Assembly (NCBI GenBank): GCA_963728405.1
Contig: CAVSJV010000002.1
Location: forward strand, 272,743-336,742
Reading direction: 5' to 3'
Length of the DNA stretch: 64,000 nucleotides
Source of the DNA: Methanomassiliicoccaceae archaeon
Lineage (GTDB): Archaea; Thermoplasmatota; Thermoplasmata; Methanomassiliicoccales; Methanomassiliicoccaceae
Shown: positions 20,439 through 29,733 of the stretch, in pieces
How positions within the stretch are numbered: position 1 is the first letter of the stretch
How the letters are laid out: each line of letters starts with the position of its first letter
Notes under the pieces: generated by a model
The model's database searches: none
What the model was told of the DNA's origin: nothing
What the model saw: only the letters and a program-made list of their open reading frames with translations
Translations under genes and position numbers: made by a program

Positions 20439-20732
20439 TCACTTCTTCTCTCGCATTTCCTTCTCTGACCCGACAGTGCAATAGTACATGTTGACCAGGT
20501 CGCCCTCGGCCGCAACCGGGCAATCGGGACACACACAACCCATCTCATCCTTGATGCACTGAGGGCTCTTGCCCAGGAAACAATACAGGAGCTCCTGCCG
20601 GTCACCAGCACACTTATTATAGGTGGGGCAGTCTGGGCAAATGCAATCTCCCTTCAGCCTAGCTATCTCTTTCTCTTTTGCCTCGCCCTGTTTCATTTCA
20701 AGGTCTCTTAGCATCTTCTCGAACGAGTCCAT
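20439..20732 (-). CDS. DUF2769-type Cys-rich protein (tandem paralogue)
   Basis: CICPDCPTYNKC...YCFLGKSPQCI...CVCPDCPV...YYCTVGSE. Start probably ATG at 20732. Confidence 0.8.
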   Translation of the reverse strand: MDSFEKMLRDLEMKQGEAKEKEIARLKGDCICPDCPTYNKCAGDRQELLYCFLGKSPQCIKDEMGCVCPDCPVAAEGDLVNMYYCTVGSEKEMREKK

Positions 20733-20880
20733 CTGGTCCCCGAAACATATTATGGTTGCAGATGCTATTAAAATGTCGCCACAGACCGTTTGGTACCCGG
20801 GAACGACCAATGGGTCGATGGACGTTAATGCAGGCGGTGATTATTTCCACGAGGGCAGATATTTATCGATGGGTGGAGGC

Positions 20881-21765
20881 ATGGTGCAGGAAAAACCGGA
20901 TTGGCTAAGGATAAAGCCCCCCACCGGGGAGAACTTTAGCAGGATGCGCGAGCTGACCAGATCGTGCGGCTTGAGGACCGTCTGCGATGCTTCCCACTGC
21001 CCTAACATCTCCGACTGCTGGTCCCGCGGCCACGCTACCTTCCTGTTGATGGGTCCAAGGTGCACCAGGAACTGCGCGTTCTGCGCGATCGAGAACGGTT
21101 TACCTGGACCGCTGGACCGGGAGGAGCCGATCATAGTGGCGAGAGCGGTCAGGATGCTGGGGCTCCATCATGTCGTCATCACCTCGGTTACCCGGGACGA
21201 TCTGGAGGATCAGGGTGCCGGCCATTTCGCCGAGGTCGTGAAAAGTATCAAGAAAGAGAGCCCGGGCACCCGGATCGAACTGCTCATCCCCGACATGGGC
21301 GCAGCCGAGGAACACCTGTCGGTGGTGCTCGGCTCTCATCCAGACGTCATGGGCCACAACATCGAAACGGTGGCCCGGCTTCAAGCATCGGTTCGCGATC
21401 GCAGGAGCAACTATCATCGGTCCCTGGAGGTCCTCCGGACGATCAAGAGGATCGGCCCGGACATGATCACCAAGAGCTCCATCATGCTCGGATTGGGTGA
21501 AGGGTATGAAGAGGTGATCGAGACCCTACAGGACCTCCGCTCCGCGGGGGTCGAGGCGGTCACCATGGGCCAGTACCTCAGACCTAAAAATGGTCGATTA
21601 GAGGTAAAGGAGTACGTGCGGCCGGAGGTCTTCGACCGTTTGCGGGCCGAGGCGATGGACATGGGTTTCCGCCACGCCGTCGCTGCTCCGTTGGTGCGAA
21701 GCTCCTTTAACGCTCACGAACTATTCGATATGAGGGAGGCCAACAATGCTGACCGACGACTTTGA
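20881..21765 (+). CDS. lipA: Lipoyl synthase
   Basis: KPDWLR, CDASHCPNISDC (Cx4Cx5C), CTRNCAFC radical SAM motif, TSVTRDDL, HNIETV, GQYLRP, RSSF; GGTGGAGG SD before ATG 20881. Confidence 0.95.
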   Translation: MVQEKPDWLRIKPPTGENFSRMRELTRSCGLRTVCDASHCPNISDCWSRGHATFLLMGPRCTRNCAFCAIENGLPGPLDREEPIIVARAVRMLGLHHVVITSVTRDDLEDQGAGHFAEVVKSIKKESPGTRIELLIPDMGAAEEHLSVVLGSHPDVMGHNIETVARLQASVRDRRSNYHRSLEVLRTIKRIGPDMITKSSIMLGLGEGYEEVIETLQDLRSAGVEAVTMGQYLRPKNGRLEVKEYVRPEVFDRLRAEAMDMGFRHAVAAPLVRSSFNAHELFDMREANNADRRL

Positions 21766-22831
21766 TCCGTTGAAAGGGAAGATGCTGCAGGTGTTGGACA
21801 AGGGTGGCAAGGTCAACGAGCCGGCCTTGGAGCCAAAGCTGGACCCCGGGGTGCTCAAGGAGGCATATCGCACCATGGTGCTGGCGAGGACAGTGGACGA
21901 GAAGGCGGTCATCCTGCAGCGCCAGGGTCGTATGGGAGCATACCCTCCTAACAGGGGGCAAGAGGCCGCGTCTCTCGGTCCGGCCATGGCCACGATGAAG
22001 GACGACTGGTTCGTGTGGGCCTTCCGGGAACTGGCCGGTCTGTTGTGGAAAGGTCTTCCAGCGGTAAACTATTATCTCATTTGGATGGGCAACGAGGAAG
22101 GGGGTCGTTTCCCACCCGGGGTCAATGCCATCCCGGCGGTGGTGCCAGTGGCCTCCCAGTTGCCCATCGCGGTGGGCATATCCTACGCCTCGATGTACCG
22201 AAAGGAGAATATCGTGACCCTCGGTTTCTGTGGGGACGGCGCGACATCGGAGGGTGATTTTCACGAGGCCCTAAATGCCGCGGGAGTGTTCAGGACGCCG
22301 ACCGTCTTTGTGGTGCAGAACAACCAGTGGGCCATCTCGGTGCCGAGAAGCCGACAGACCGCGGCCCCCACCATAGCACAGAAGGCCTGCGCCTACGGGT
22401 TCCCCGGCATCCTGGTCGATGGGAACGACCTATTGGCGATGTACATCGCGTCCAAGGAGGCGGTCGACCGAGCCCGGAACGGGGGCGGCCCCACGTTGAT
22501 CGAAGCGTACACCTATCGATTAGGCAATCACACCACCTCCGATGACGCCAAGAAGTATCGCCAGGATGCCGAACTCAAGGATTGGGAATTAAAGGACCCG
22601 CTCATCCGCCTGAGTGCCTACATGATGGGCAAAGGGCTGCTTGATGAGAAAGAGGATGAGGTCATCTGGAAGAATGCCAGGGACCTCACGGAGCAATATG
22701 TGGCCCAGGCCGAGGCGTTTCCCGGTCCGACCATCGATGACACGTTCAAGTATACCTACGCCCAGATGCCCCCCGAACTGGAAGGCCAGCTGGAATATCA
22801 TCGCCGGGAGACCAAAGGGGGTGAGCAGTGA
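21746..22831 (+). CDS. pdhA: 2-oxoacid (pyruvate/branched-chain) dehydrogenase E1 alpha
   Basis: QRQGR, GQEA, GDGATSEGDFHE...NNQWAIS TPP motif, HTTSDD. Confidence 0.92.
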   Translation: MLTDDFDPLKGKMLQVLDKGGKVNEPALEPKLDPGVLKEAYRTMVLARTVDEKAVILQRQGRMGAYPPNRGQEAASLGPAMATMKDDWFVWAFRELAGLLWKGLPAVNYYLIWMGNEEGGRFPPGVNAIPAVVPVASQLPIAVGISYASMYRKENIVTLGFCGDGATSEGDFHEALNAAGVFRTPTVFVVQNNQWAISVPRSRQTAAPTIAQKACAYGFPGILVDGNDLLAMYIASKEAVDRARNGGGPTLIEAYTYRLGNHTTSDDAKKYRQDAELKDWELKDPLIRLSAYMMGKGLLDEKEDEVIWKNARDLTEQYVAQAEAFPGPTIDDTFKYTYAQMPPELEGQLEYHRRETKGGEQ

Positions 22832-23808
22832 TGGCGATCGTGAACATGGTGGGGGCCCTCAATTCCGCGTTGGCCAATGAGTTGGAGGCCGATCCCTCGG
22901 TCGTGATCCTCGGGGAGGACGTGGGCAAGGACGGCGGCGTGTTCCGGGTGACCGACGGGCTGTACGGCCGCTTCGGCCCCGAACGGGTGGTGGACACACC
23001 CCTAGCCGAGAGTCTTATCGCCGGCATGGCCGTCGGCATGGCCATGAACGGCTTGAGACCAGTAGCGGAGATTCAGTTCATGGGCTTCTCATATCTCACA
23101 CTGAGCATGATGATCTCCCACGCTGCCCGCATGCGCAATCGTTCCCGGGGCCGCTTCACCGTCCCGATGGTCATGCGCATGCCCTACGGTGCGGGGGTCA
23201 AGGCGTTGGAGCACCACTCCGAGAGTACGGAGGCCCTTTACGTCCAGATCCCCGGGCTGAAGGTCGTGGTGCCCTCCACTCCGCGTGAGGCTAAGGGCCT
23301 TCTTATCGCCTCCATCCGCGACCCCGACCCGGTTATATTCCTGGAACCGACCAGGAGCTATCGGCTGATGAAGGAGGAGGTGGAAGAAACGGCTTTCACC
23401 CTACCCATTGGTAAGGCGCGCCTGGTGCAGGAGGGAACCGACGTCACGGTGGTCGGCTGGGGGGCCATGATGCCCCTGATCGAAAAGGCCACGGAAGCGG
23501 CAGCCGAGGAAGGCGTCAGTTGCGAGGTCATCGATCTTAGAACGCTTTCGCCCATGGACAGCAACATGGTTGTTTCTTCGGTCAAGAGGACTGGGCGGTG
23601 TGTCATCGTCCAGGAGGCTCCCCAGACCTGCGGTGTGGCTGCAGAGCTGATCGCCCGAATCAATGAGAAGGCGCTGCTGTCCCTGGAAGCCCCGGTAGAG
23701 AGGGTCACTGCCCCCGATATCACAGTACCTTTGCCAAAAGGCGAGAAATATTATTATATAAGTCCAGATAGAATTTACAACGCCGTCAAGAGAGTTGCCT
23801 CGTACTAG
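22828..23808 (+). CDS. pdhB: 2-oxoacid dehydrogenase E1 beta
   Basis: GEDVG..GGVFRVT, DTPLAE, EIQFMGF, EHHSES, IDLRTLSP; ends in TAG. Confidence 0.93.
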   Translation: MMAIVNMVGALNSALANELEADPSVVILGEDVGKDGGVFRVTDGLYGRFGPERVVDTPLAESLIAGMAVGMAMNGLRPVAEIQFMGFSYLTLSMMISHAARMRNRSRGRFTVPMVMRMPYGAGVKALEHHSESTEALYVQIPGLKVVVPSTPREAKGLLIASIRDPDPVIFLEPTRSYRLMKEEVEETAFTLPIGKARLVQEGTDVTVVGWGAMMPLIEKATEAAAEEGVSCEVIDLRTLSPMDSNMVVSSVKRTGRCVIVQEAPQTCGVAAELIARINEKALLSLEAPVERVTAPDITVPLPKGEKYYYISPDRIYNAVKRVASY

Positions 23809-23814
23809 GGTGTT

Positions 23815-25076
23815 GTGATGGTTAAGGAGTTCAGGTTCCCGGACCTCGGAGAAGGGGTCACCGAAGGCGAGATCAAGAAATGGCTGGTCAAGGAAGGGGA
23901 GGTGGTAAAGAAGGACCAATCGATCGCCGAAGTGGAGACCGATAAGGCCGTGGTAGAGATGCCTTCGCCCGTTTCCGGTCGAATGGAGAAGCTCAACTTC
24001 CCCGAAGGGGGGCTCGTCCGGGTCGGGGAGGTGCTCGCGGTCATCGCCGAGGAGCCCGGAGCCGCCCCGGAGCTGCCGGAGAAGGTCAAGGAGTCCGTAT
24101 CGGTGGTGGGCGAACTGCCGGAGTCCGATGGGACCATCATCAGCTCAAGGCCAACAGCACCGGCCATGGGTGCTGGGAAAGGGGTCCAGGCGACCCCCGC
24201 CGTTCGCAAGCTGGCCAAGGACATGGACATCGATCTGACGACCGTGACCGGAACTGGACCGGGGGGGCGGATAACCGCGGATGACCTGAAGAGACACCCC
24301 CTCGTCGCCTCTCGAGGAGAGGAGGGCCTCGCCGGCCGGATTGAAGATGCAGCCGAAGTTCGACCTGTATGGCTGGATCGACCGTAAACCGGTCCGAGGG
24401 ATCCGACGATCGACCGCCAAGCACATGGTGGAGGCGCGGAGCAAGCAGGCGCTAGTGACGACCACGGAGGTCGCCGACGTGACCGATCTGGTGGCCTTGC
24501 GGGAGAAGGTCAAGAAGTATGCGGAGGAGGTCAAAGGGGTCAAGCTGACCTACCTGCCGTTCATCATTAAGGCGGTGGTGGCCGCTCTTAAGAAGCACCC
24601 CTACCTGAACTCTTCCATGGACGAAGAGGCCGAGGATATAGTGTTCAAGAAATACTATAACATAGGAATAGCGGTGGCCACCGAAGATGGCCTGATCGTG
24701 CCAGTGCTCAAGGCGGCCGATCAAAAGGAGGTATTCTCCCTGGCCCAGGAGATCAAGGACCTGGCCGATTCCGCCGCATCGAGGAAGATCGATCTGGCGG
24801 ATCTCAAGGGAAGGGACGTTCTCCATCACCAACTACGGGATCTTCGGCGGGATATATGCAACTCCCATTCCCAATTATCCGGAAGGGGCTATACTGGGCT
24901 TGGGACGGATCCAGGACGCACCATGGGTGAAGGACGGCGAGGTGTCCATAAGGAAGCTGCTGTACCTTTCGCTCACCTTTGACCACCGCCTGATGGATGG
25001 AGCGCAGGCCGCCACCTTCCTCAACGACCTGAAGATGTTCCTGGAGAATCCGGAGCTACCGTTGATGGATCCCTAA
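23815..25076 (+). CDS. pdhC: Dihydrolipoamide acyltransferase E2, frameshifts near 24320 and 24810
   Basis: Lipoyl domain ETDKA, PSBD ATPAVRKLA..GTGPGGRI, catalytic TFSITNYG...LTFDHRLMDG in the third frame, stop at 25076. Confidence 0.9.
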
Positions 25077-25819
25077 CGGGCGCCCGTCCACTCGGGACGA
25101 CCATAGCGTTCGCGGACCAGTTCCGCTCCCCTGGCCACCTCCCAGGGGAGGAGGGGGCGCTCATACCATTCTTTCCATTGACAGAATGAGCGCTGCAGGC
25201 CGGCCAGCAGATCGGCCCGTGTCGCCGAGGTGAGCTCCGACACGGAGGTGACCCGGGCCTCCGGAGAGCTGATGCCCTTGTCCGAGACCTTGTTCTCGGC
25301 CACCCTCAGCAGGGAGAACATCCTGTTACGGTCCAGTGAATACAGGACCGTCCCGTGCTGGATGAACACACCCTCGCGGCGGGTCTGGGCGCAACCGGAG
25401 ATCTTCTTGCCTCCGACCGTTATGTCGTTGATCGGCACGTATTTGGGGTTTAGCCCCAGACCCTTGAGCGCGTCCATGACCCAGTCACACACCTCCTGGT
25501 AGGATGCGGTGATGTCCCTGCCCATGAGTTCCTCCGGAGCGATCACGCTGTAGGTGATCTCGCCGTCCCGATCGTGAAATACCGCCCCCCCGCCGCTACG
25601 CCGGCGAACGATGTCAACGCCCTGACGGTGACACTCTTCGACATCGACCTCATCGAGGAGGGATTGGAAGCAGCCGATCGATATCGCCGACGGCTCCCAA
25701 CCGTAGAACCGGATGGTGGGTGGGGACCTCGATGATCTGACCCCCTCAGCCACCGCCTCGTCCACCGCCATGTTCATAACGGCAGTCTGCCTGATGAAGG
25801 GCAAGAGGCGCCACCTCAA
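25073..25819 (-). CDS. lplA: Lipoate-protein ligase, catalytic subunit
   Basis: NMAVDEA, IGCFQ, RRRSGGGAVFHD, INDI..GKKISGCAQ, HGTVL. Confidence 0.9.
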   Translation of the reverse strand: MRWRLLPFIRQTAVMNMAVDEAVAEGVRSSRSPPTIRFYGWEPSAISIGCFQSLLDEVDVEECHRQGVDIVRRRSGGGAVFHDRDGEITYSVIAPEELMGRDITASYQEVCDWVMDALKGLGLNPKYVPINDITVGGKKISGCAQTRREGVFIQHGTVLYSLDRNRMFSLLRVAENKVSDKGISSPEARVTSVSELTSATRADLLAGLQRSFCQWKEWYERPLLPWEVARGAELVRERYGRPEWTGAR

Positions 25820-26097
25820 GATCTGGCCTCCTTGATGGCCGCGGCCAGGTCAGCTGGCCCGAACCCCAGGATCACCAAGCGGTTCTCCGATAAGACCCCC
25901 TCAACGCGCTTGGCCAGTTCCCGCTCGCTCTCCTCGATGGAGGTACCCAACAGCGCCACTTCCAGCATGGCTAGCCCGTCCTCGGGGTGGAGGAAGAAGT
26001 CCCCGGTGATCATGATCTCAGTTATGGTCGAACCATCATGCTTCAGCCGGACCCGGAGGAGCTTACCTCCCCTGACCTTGCGGCTAGCGGTCCCCAC
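25816..26097 (-). CDS. lplB: Lipoate-protein ligase accessory C-terminal subunit (LplB-type, split ligase)
   Basis: KVRGGKLLRV...ITGDFFLHPE motif, coupled to lplA as in the Thermoplasma split LplA/LplB. Confidence 0.82.
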   Translation of the reverse strand: MGTASRKVRGGKLLRVRLKHDGSTITEIMITGDFFLHPEDGLAMLEVALLGTSIEESERELAKRVEGVLSENRLVILGFGPADLAAAIKEARS

Positions 26098-26104
26098 TTG
26101 CCGC

Positions 26105-26410
26105 CTACTCCTTGGCCCATTTGAGGATCTGGTCCTTCGTTGTGCTCATTCCGCACAACGCTTTTTTGGTCTTCTCATTGAATAGCGCAGGCACGCCCAA
26201 CGACCCGCCGCATGCCTCCTTCAGCACATTGCCGTAGCTGCGCATCAGTTTGGCGTTCTCATCGGAGTGCCAGACCTCTAGCTCCGTGATCCCCCTACCT
26301 GCCTCCTTGGTCAGCTGATCGTTCGCTTCCGTCACTATGGGGTGCAGCTTCGCGCAATGGGGGCATTCCCGCCCCCAGAAGAATAACAGCCTGTTGCCTT
26401 GTTCCGCCAT
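26105..26410 (-). CDS. Thioredoxin/glutaredoxin-fold protein
   Basis: FWGRECPHC, EVWH..ENA, GVP. Start ATG at 26410. Confidence 0.85.
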   Translation of the reverse strand: MAEQGNRLLFFWGRECPHCAKLHPIVTEANDQLTKEAGRGITELEVWHSDENAKLMRSYGNVLKEACGGSLGVPALFNEKTKKALCGMSTTKDQILKWAKE

Positions 26411-26411
26411 A

Positions 26412-26842
26412 TCATTCCCTCTTGACGAAGAGTCCACACCAGCATTCGCCGGTACTCCTTGTAGACAGGTTGGATGAAGAAATTGCAGGGGCAGATGAGA
26501 TTGAGGTCACTCCTCGAGATCTCCGGTAGTTATCCGGCAGGGACAGTACTTAAGGCCGTGGTTCTTTTGGTTCTCCAGCTCTCCCGTTGCTAGCGTCCTG
26601 ACGAATTTTCGGTCGGGGTTGAGCTTGAACGGTTTACCTTCGGCAAACTTCTCCCAGGCCTCAAGAAGCTGATCTACCTGGTCCAACCTATCGCCGCGGT
26701 CGATGATGACCTTCATCGTCTCGGGGTAGTCGATCAGGGTGAAAGCGTTCTTAGCTCCGCACGTGGGGCAGACCGCTGGCCCCTTTACACCGTAGTGAAT
26801 GTCGTTGCATACATTGCATCGCCAGAGCTTCTTTACTGCCAT
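26412..26842 (-). CDS. Ferredoxin:thioredoxin reductase catalytic subunit with N-terminal rubredoxin-like domain, frameshifts near 26510 and 26450
   Basis: WRCNVC...CPTCG rubredoxin, then LNPD, YCPCR; continues as DLNLICPC and GECWCGLFVKRE in shifted frames (CPC/CPC/CxC FTR signature). Confidence 0.85.
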
Positions 26843-27089
26843 TGTAGCCCCCTGTTGACAATGAAATTGAATGAATATAAACAATTGCCAGGGGCAGTGC
26901 TGCGTGATCGTTGATGCGTTAGCCGGCTCATTCCTGGCATTATACCATCGGGTTTCCTGTCCAATATCGGCGCTGGCGCTGCATCGCCCTTTCCCGACTT
27001 CCCAACATTTTCAGGACAGCGGTAGAATTTGGAAGGTCCGTTCCCGCAACGTGTAACATATAAATTGGTGTCCCAAGCACTTTAGATCG

Positions 27090-27665
27090 GTGAAAGGATT
27101 GTTCGCAGTAAGATGTCCAGCATGCAAGGAACGCGTTGAAGGTTCGTCGTCCCAGGATCTCTCTAGGTCAGTGAAGATGCACTTCTCTGAGGTGCATGGA
27201 GTTGGTTCAGGGAGCATGGAGAAGGAACTTGCCCCACCCATGGGTACGCGTTCAACCAGTTCCATGGAGGAGTTCCAAGGCGGATCGGAGAGCAGCGGGT
27301 TTCCCCGCGAAGGCCCCGTTACTCCGGAGGACCGCGCTCCGAGAAGGAAGCCCATCAATCCGACCCCAGGCGGAGGGATCGGGTCGGGGGCCAAGGTCGA
27401 CTACAAGGAGAAGTCCTTCGAGGTAGGGGACACTGGCGCCGGCACGGGAATGGGGGGGTTCGAAAGCGGTACGGTGACCCCGGAGGGAACTGGAGGAAGC
27501 GAGGACACCAGAGGCATAAAGAGCTTCCAGTGCCCGATCTGTGGGGACGACGTAGAGGGTGAATCGGAGGAGGAACTATCGTCCAGCTTCGGTAACCACT
27601 TGATCGGTAACCACCGTGACGAGCCCTTCATCAACCGACTGATGACGAAGATCGGGAGTCGGTGA
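27090..27665 (+). CDS. Twin C2H2 (DUF1059-like) zinc-finger protein with disordered linker (Z1)
   Basis: CPAC-x18-HFSEVH and CPIC-x18-HLIGNH around a G/S/E/P-rich linker. Confidence 0.85.
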   Translation: MKGLFAVRCPACKERVEGSSSQDLSRSVKMHFSEVHGVGSGSMEKELAPPMGTRSTSSMEEFQGGSESSGFPREGPVTPEDRAPRRKPINPTPGGGIGSGAKVDYKEKSFEVGDTGAGTGMGGFESGTVTPEGTGGSEDTRGIKSFQCPICGDDVEGESEEELSSSFGNHLIGNHRDEPFINRLMTKIGSR

Positions 27666-27672
27666 GAACGCT

Positions 27673-28098
27673 ATGGTCGCAGTGCGCTGTCCCTGGTGCG
27701 AGCGTCGACTGGAAGCTGCTGACGGTGACATCCTCTCCGCTGCCCTGACCGTCCATTTTCACCGTAACCATGGTCTGGTCCTCCCGGACCCGGACCTGTT
27801 GACCGGTGGGAGGGAAGGGCACCTCTCCTCCCTGGCCGAGATAGAAGGAACGACCGGGGAGAAAGAAGTGCGAATCGGCTCCGAAATATATGGTTCTCGC
27901 TTGACCGAACGGGAGGGCGACCTCTACGGGGCCAGAGGACCACCCACCACCATAGCCGTTCAGAGAGGTAGGGAGAAACCCTTCGTGGAGTGCCCGCTAT
28001 GTGGGCTGGAAGTCCAGGGCCGCAGCGAGGGTGAGCTATCCAGAAACCTAAAGGAGCACATGAGAAAGAACAATGAGCTGGGGGGCGGTCGGGAATGA
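27673..28098 (+). CDS. Twin zinc-finger protein (Z2); second finger ends H-x4-N
   Basis: CPWC-x18-HFHRNH and CPLC-x18-HMRKNN. Confidence 0.82.
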   Translation: MVAVRCPWCERRLEAADGDILSAALTVHFHRNHGLVLPDPDLLTGGREGHLSSLAEIEGTTGEKEVRIGSEIYGSRLTEREGDLYGARGPPTTIAVQRGREKPFVECPLCGLEVQGRSEGELSRNLKEHMRKNNELGGGRE

Positions 28099-28307
28099 AC
28101 ATAAGTCCCTGCTCTGTTCGCGTCGGGAGCGTGAACGGTGTAGGGAGAGATGAGCCCGGCCCGCTTCCCGTCCCATACCGGGGTAACGAACACAATGGGG
28201 AACGGCCAAAGGTGGCAGTAGCGGGAGGTCGGGTCCGACGACGATTTCTCCGCCCGATCCAGCAATGCGTCTACCCATGGCCTAGGGGAGGAAGACGGGC
28301 GCCATGA
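28095..28307 (+). CDS. Possible small hypothetical protein inside the array
   Basis: ATGA overlap with the Z2 stop; no recognisable motif. Confidence 0.3.
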   Translation: MNISPCSVRVGSVNGVGRDEPGPLPVPYRGNEHNGERPKVAVAGGRVRRRFLRPIQQCVYPWPRGGRRAP

Positions 28308-28343
28308 AATAGTGCCAGTGGCAGACAATGGAGATGCCAGGAT

Positions 28344-28955
28344 ATGACCAGCGTTAGATGCCCGATCTGCGATCGGTCCATGACGTCAACCGACAAGGAA
28401 GGACTGAACGCGATGCTGCGAGGTCATCTCTCGGACGAACATGATATCGAGGTGCCCAAGGCGAGCGACAGTTTCTCTGGAACGTCGACCATGAACGGAT
28501 CGGGAGAGGGGATCGAGGAAGATGCCTCTCCTGTAAGGGAGGGGGGCCGCATCCACCGCGCCGAGCTGCGTCGGGAGGAGCAGTTCTATGCCCCTGAGGA
28601 AGGGACCGCTGTGCCACCGCGTCCGAAGGGATTGGGTGATTGGCTCAGGAAGGCCTTGGGAACCGACGCCGAGGACGGTGGGAAGGACGAGTGGGCCCGA
28701 GGTCAGGGATACCCATTGCTAATGGGGCGGGAGAAGAGCACATATGTTGATCAGCGGCCTCGAGAGCGGAACGAAGGGTCGGTGCTCGCTGCCCAAGAAA
28801 TGCCCCTTGAGGAAAGGGGATCGGGACGGATCAAATGCCCTATCTGCGGTGAGGCCATCGCAGGAATTGATGAGGATGGGCTTTCCGAGGAGCTTAAATT
28901 GCACATGATGGGGACTCATCAGATCGTACGCCGTGAAGCGCTGCCCCGGCAATAG
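28344..28955 (+). CDS. Twin zinc-finger protein (Z3)
   Basis: CPIC-x18-HLSDEH and CPIC-x18-HMMGTH. Confidence 0.85.
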   Translation: MTSVRCPICDRSMTSTDKEGLNAMLRGHLSDEHDIEVPKASDSFSGTSTMNGSGEGIEEDASPVREGGRIHRAELRREEQFYAPEEGTAVPPRPKGLGDWLRKALGTDAEDGGKDEWARGQGYPLLMGREKSTYVDQRPRERNEGSVLAAQEMPLEERGSGRIKCPICGEAIAGIDEDGLSEELKLHMMGTHQIVRREALPRQ

Positions 28956-29102
28956 CTGAATCTGGTGCTGAATGCCGAACTGCTCAACGGCCTGGAATCA
29001 TTGCCATACTGCGGTTCAGAATCGGCGGCCAGCCCATTTGAATGAGGTATAAACGGCCAACGTTCAAATAGGTTCCAATAAGAGATTATTTTGGTATAAT
29101 TT

Positions 29103-29666
29103 ATGACCACCATCAAATGCCCTATATGCAAGGAGAGGATCTCAGGGGCCAGTGGCGCCGACCTCAACGATAGTCTGAGGATACATCTCGTGGATGTACA
29201 CCGGATGAATGAACTGATGGGGTCCCGAAGTGGAACCTCCAGGGAGGTCACTTCCATGGAAAGGACCGTTCCGATGGGGAGGTCTACGGAGCCCGGTTAT
29301 GTCCGCGAGCCGATCAGGCGGGATCCGAGCATCGAGAGAAGGCCTGCCGCCGGTCTGTTCAGCGCCCCGGAGTCCCGGACCGAGCGGGAAGTAGAGACCT
29401 GGAGCTACCGCAGACCAGAGCGATTCCAGTCGGAGTACTACATTCCCCGGGAAGAGGTCCGGCAATGGAGATATCCCGTGATCGGAGCTGGCGGAGAGAG
29501 GGGGCCGGCTAGGGCCGAGAATCTTTTACCAGCCACGATCAATTGCCCTCTGTGCGGTGACCTTGTAAGGGGGAGGGACGAGGACGATCTTTCCGACCGG
29601 CTCCATGACCACATGGCCGATACCCACGACATCCGTCCCAAGATGTACGCGCGGTACCGGACCTGA
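29103..29666 (+). CDS. Twin zinc-finger protein (Z4)
   Basis: CPIC-x18-HLVDVH and CPLC-x18-HMADTH. Confidence 0.85.
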   Translation: MTTIKCPICKERISGASGADLNDSLRIHLVDVHRMNELMGSRSGTSREVTSMERTVPMGRSTEPGYVREPIRRDPSIERRPAAGLFSAPESRTEREVETWSYRRPERFQSEYYIPREEVRQWRYPVIGAGGERGPARAENLLPATINCPLCGDLVRGRDEDDLSDRLHDHMADTHDIRPKMYARYRT

Positions 29667-29733
29667 GCATCAAACCTCTTCCATTTTTCTGCTAAGTATT
29701 ATACCTAGCTGGCTCGCATGGTCCTACGTTAAT

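Noticed and set aside
26505-26512. TGA in the FTR gene as a selenocysteine codon
   Set aside because: The conserved continuation (DLNLICPC) is in a different frame, so this is an indel and not read-through.
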